A DNA stretch of 64,000 nucleotides from positions 72,602,001-72,666,000 of the forward strand of contig NC_043003.1 in NCBI RefSeq assembly GCF_006345805.1. Direction: 5' to 3'. Origin of the DNA: Octopus sinensis (lineage: Eukaryota). Positions 62,222 through 64,000 of the stretch are shown piece after piece. The first letter of the stretch is position 1, and every line of letters begins with the position of its first letter. The notes beneath the pieces are model-generated. The model was not told the DNA's origin and made no database searches. It saw only the letters and a list, made by a program, of their open reading frames with translations. A program made the translations under genes and the position numbers.

Positions 62222-62589
62222 CTACACACACACACATGTATCTATGTATCTTTTACTTGTTTTATTCACTTAACTGTAGACATGCTGGGGCACTGTACTG
62301 TCCCGAAATTTTAGCCAAATGTATCAACCCCAATACTTAAAGTTTTTTTAAACCCTGGTACTTACTTTACCACGTTCTTTTATCAAATCACTAGGCTATG
62401 AGGGTTAAACACACCGCCACCAGTTGTTAAGTGGTGGTGGTGGGCAAACACAGACACAAAGATATATATACATACGGGCTGAAGCTAGCATCATAGCATC
62501 ATAATTTTGAAATATCTATAAAACCATCAAAAGCTTGTTTGTTTTTATGCTTTTTTTATTTATTATTAGTGTTGCTTAATATGCTTTGC

Positions 62590-63728
62590 TAAAATTGCTG
62601 TTTCTTTGCAGATATCCTCAGAAAAGGGGAATTAAAATTCATTAAAATGACAGATCTATCGGACTTTCAAAGAGGTCAAATTGTTGGTGCTCGTATGGCA
62701 GGTGCTAACCTAACGAAAACAGCTGAAATGTTTGGTGTATCAAAAAGTATTGTCTCGAAAGTAATTACAGCCTTTGAGAAACAGGGAAAACCCTCCTCGT
62801 CGAAACAAAAGCCTGGAAGAAAACCCAAACTTTCAGATAGGGACCGTCGGACTCTTACGCGAATTTGTAGAAAGGATCACAAAAGTACAGCTCCCAAAAT
62901 TACTGCAGAGTTTAATGACCACCTCGAGAATCCAGTTTCCACAAAAACTGTTTGCCGGGAGCTGCACAAAGTTGGATTTCAAGAGAGGGCTGCAATCAGA
63001 AAACCACTACTTTCAAAAACAAACATTGTAAAGCGTTTGGAGTGGAGTAAAAACCTACAGAATTGGTCCCTAGAGCAGTGGGAGAAAGTTATTTTCTCAA
63101 ACAAGTCCTCCTTTACCTTATTTCTGACAACCGGCTGAGTATACCTGTGGAGACAGCCAAAAGAAGCATTTGACCCACACTGCCTTCTTCCAACTGTTAA
63201 ACATGGAGGAGGATCTGTAATGATCTGGGGGAGCTATATCTTGGAAATCCACAGGCCCAATGGTTTCCCTTCATGGCAGAATGAATAGTCAAGAATATTT
63301 AAGCATTTTATCAGATCAAATTCATCCTATGATTGCAGAACTGTTTCCAGTGGGAAACAATCTTTCAGGATGATAGTGTACCAATTTACACAGCTAAATT
63401 TGTTACTGAATAGCATGAGGAACATTCTAGTGAAGTTGAACATCTTATCTAGCCACCACAGTCCTCAGATCTCAATGTAATTGAACATTTCTGGTGTATT
63501 TTAGAAAACAAGTAAGGAGTCGATATCCCCCACCATCATCACTATAGGAACTGGAGACTGTTTTAGCTGAAGAATGGACAAAAATTCCTTTGGAAACAAT
63601 CCTAACTTTGTACATGTCCTTACCTCGTAGAATTTAAACTGTAATTACAGCCAAAGGCGGTCCTATCCCATATTAAAATAAATTTGTTTGAAATTTTAAG
63701 GTGTTTCCATTATTTTGTCCAACCCCTA
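62590..63728 (+). mobile_element. Tc1-family DNA transposon; full-length but disrupted transposase 62647-63676; right TIR only
   Basis: LSDFQRGQIVGAR HTH, GRKPKLSDRDRR, IFSNKSSF (first catalytic D changed to N), VKHGGGSVMIWG, FQDDSVP, SDLNVIEH; right end ggtgtttccattattttgtccaacccct. Confidence 0.92.
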
Positions 63729-64000
63729 TGTATGTGTGTATGTATATATATATATATATATAAATCCACTCACAAGGCTTTGGTCAACTTGAGGCTATCG
63801 TCGAAGGCACTTGCCCAAGGTGCCACAAACTGGGACTGAACCGAAAAACAGTGTTGTTGGGAAGCAAGCTTCTTACTGCACAGCCTATGCGTGTGTGTGT
63901 ATTTATATATATTATGAGCAGGCTGAGTTGAGTCTCACTGCATGGCACCTGTGGGAAGTGTGCCAGAGAGACCAAAGGTTTGTGAGTGGATTTGGACGAT

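Overview
This is AT-rich, repeat-dense animal genomic DNA. The SINE/LINE/microsatellite landscape suggests Octopus or another coleoid cephalopod, which is an inference I did not verify. One host gene spans the window on the minus strand: a TBC1D9/9B-type Rab-GAP with two GRAM domains, a TBC domain and an EF-hand. I traced 26 GT-AG exons by hand between 42955 and 7201; they keep one frame over 2708 nt (902 complete codons). I did not find the first coding exon or the C-terminal exons. The rest is intronic and filled with mobile DNA: CR1-type, RTE, BovB-like and R4/Dong-like LINE fragments; two Penelope GIY-YIG remnants; piggyBac, Tc1, mariner and hAT elements; several tRNA-derived SINE families; and long (TA)n-rich microsatellites that generate most of the listed ORFs. 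The strongest lead is a set of Penelope-type signatures. A tRNA-headed short element with a decayed hammerhead-ribozyme tail and an inverted 5' junction sits at 27.5 kb, a foldback containing a hammerhead half-core sits at 20.0 kb, and several other foldbacks are present. A 165-bp inverted repeat also encloses a 2.5-kb CR1 LINE. No CRISPR array, rRNA or genuine tRNA gene is supported. No computation or database search was run.
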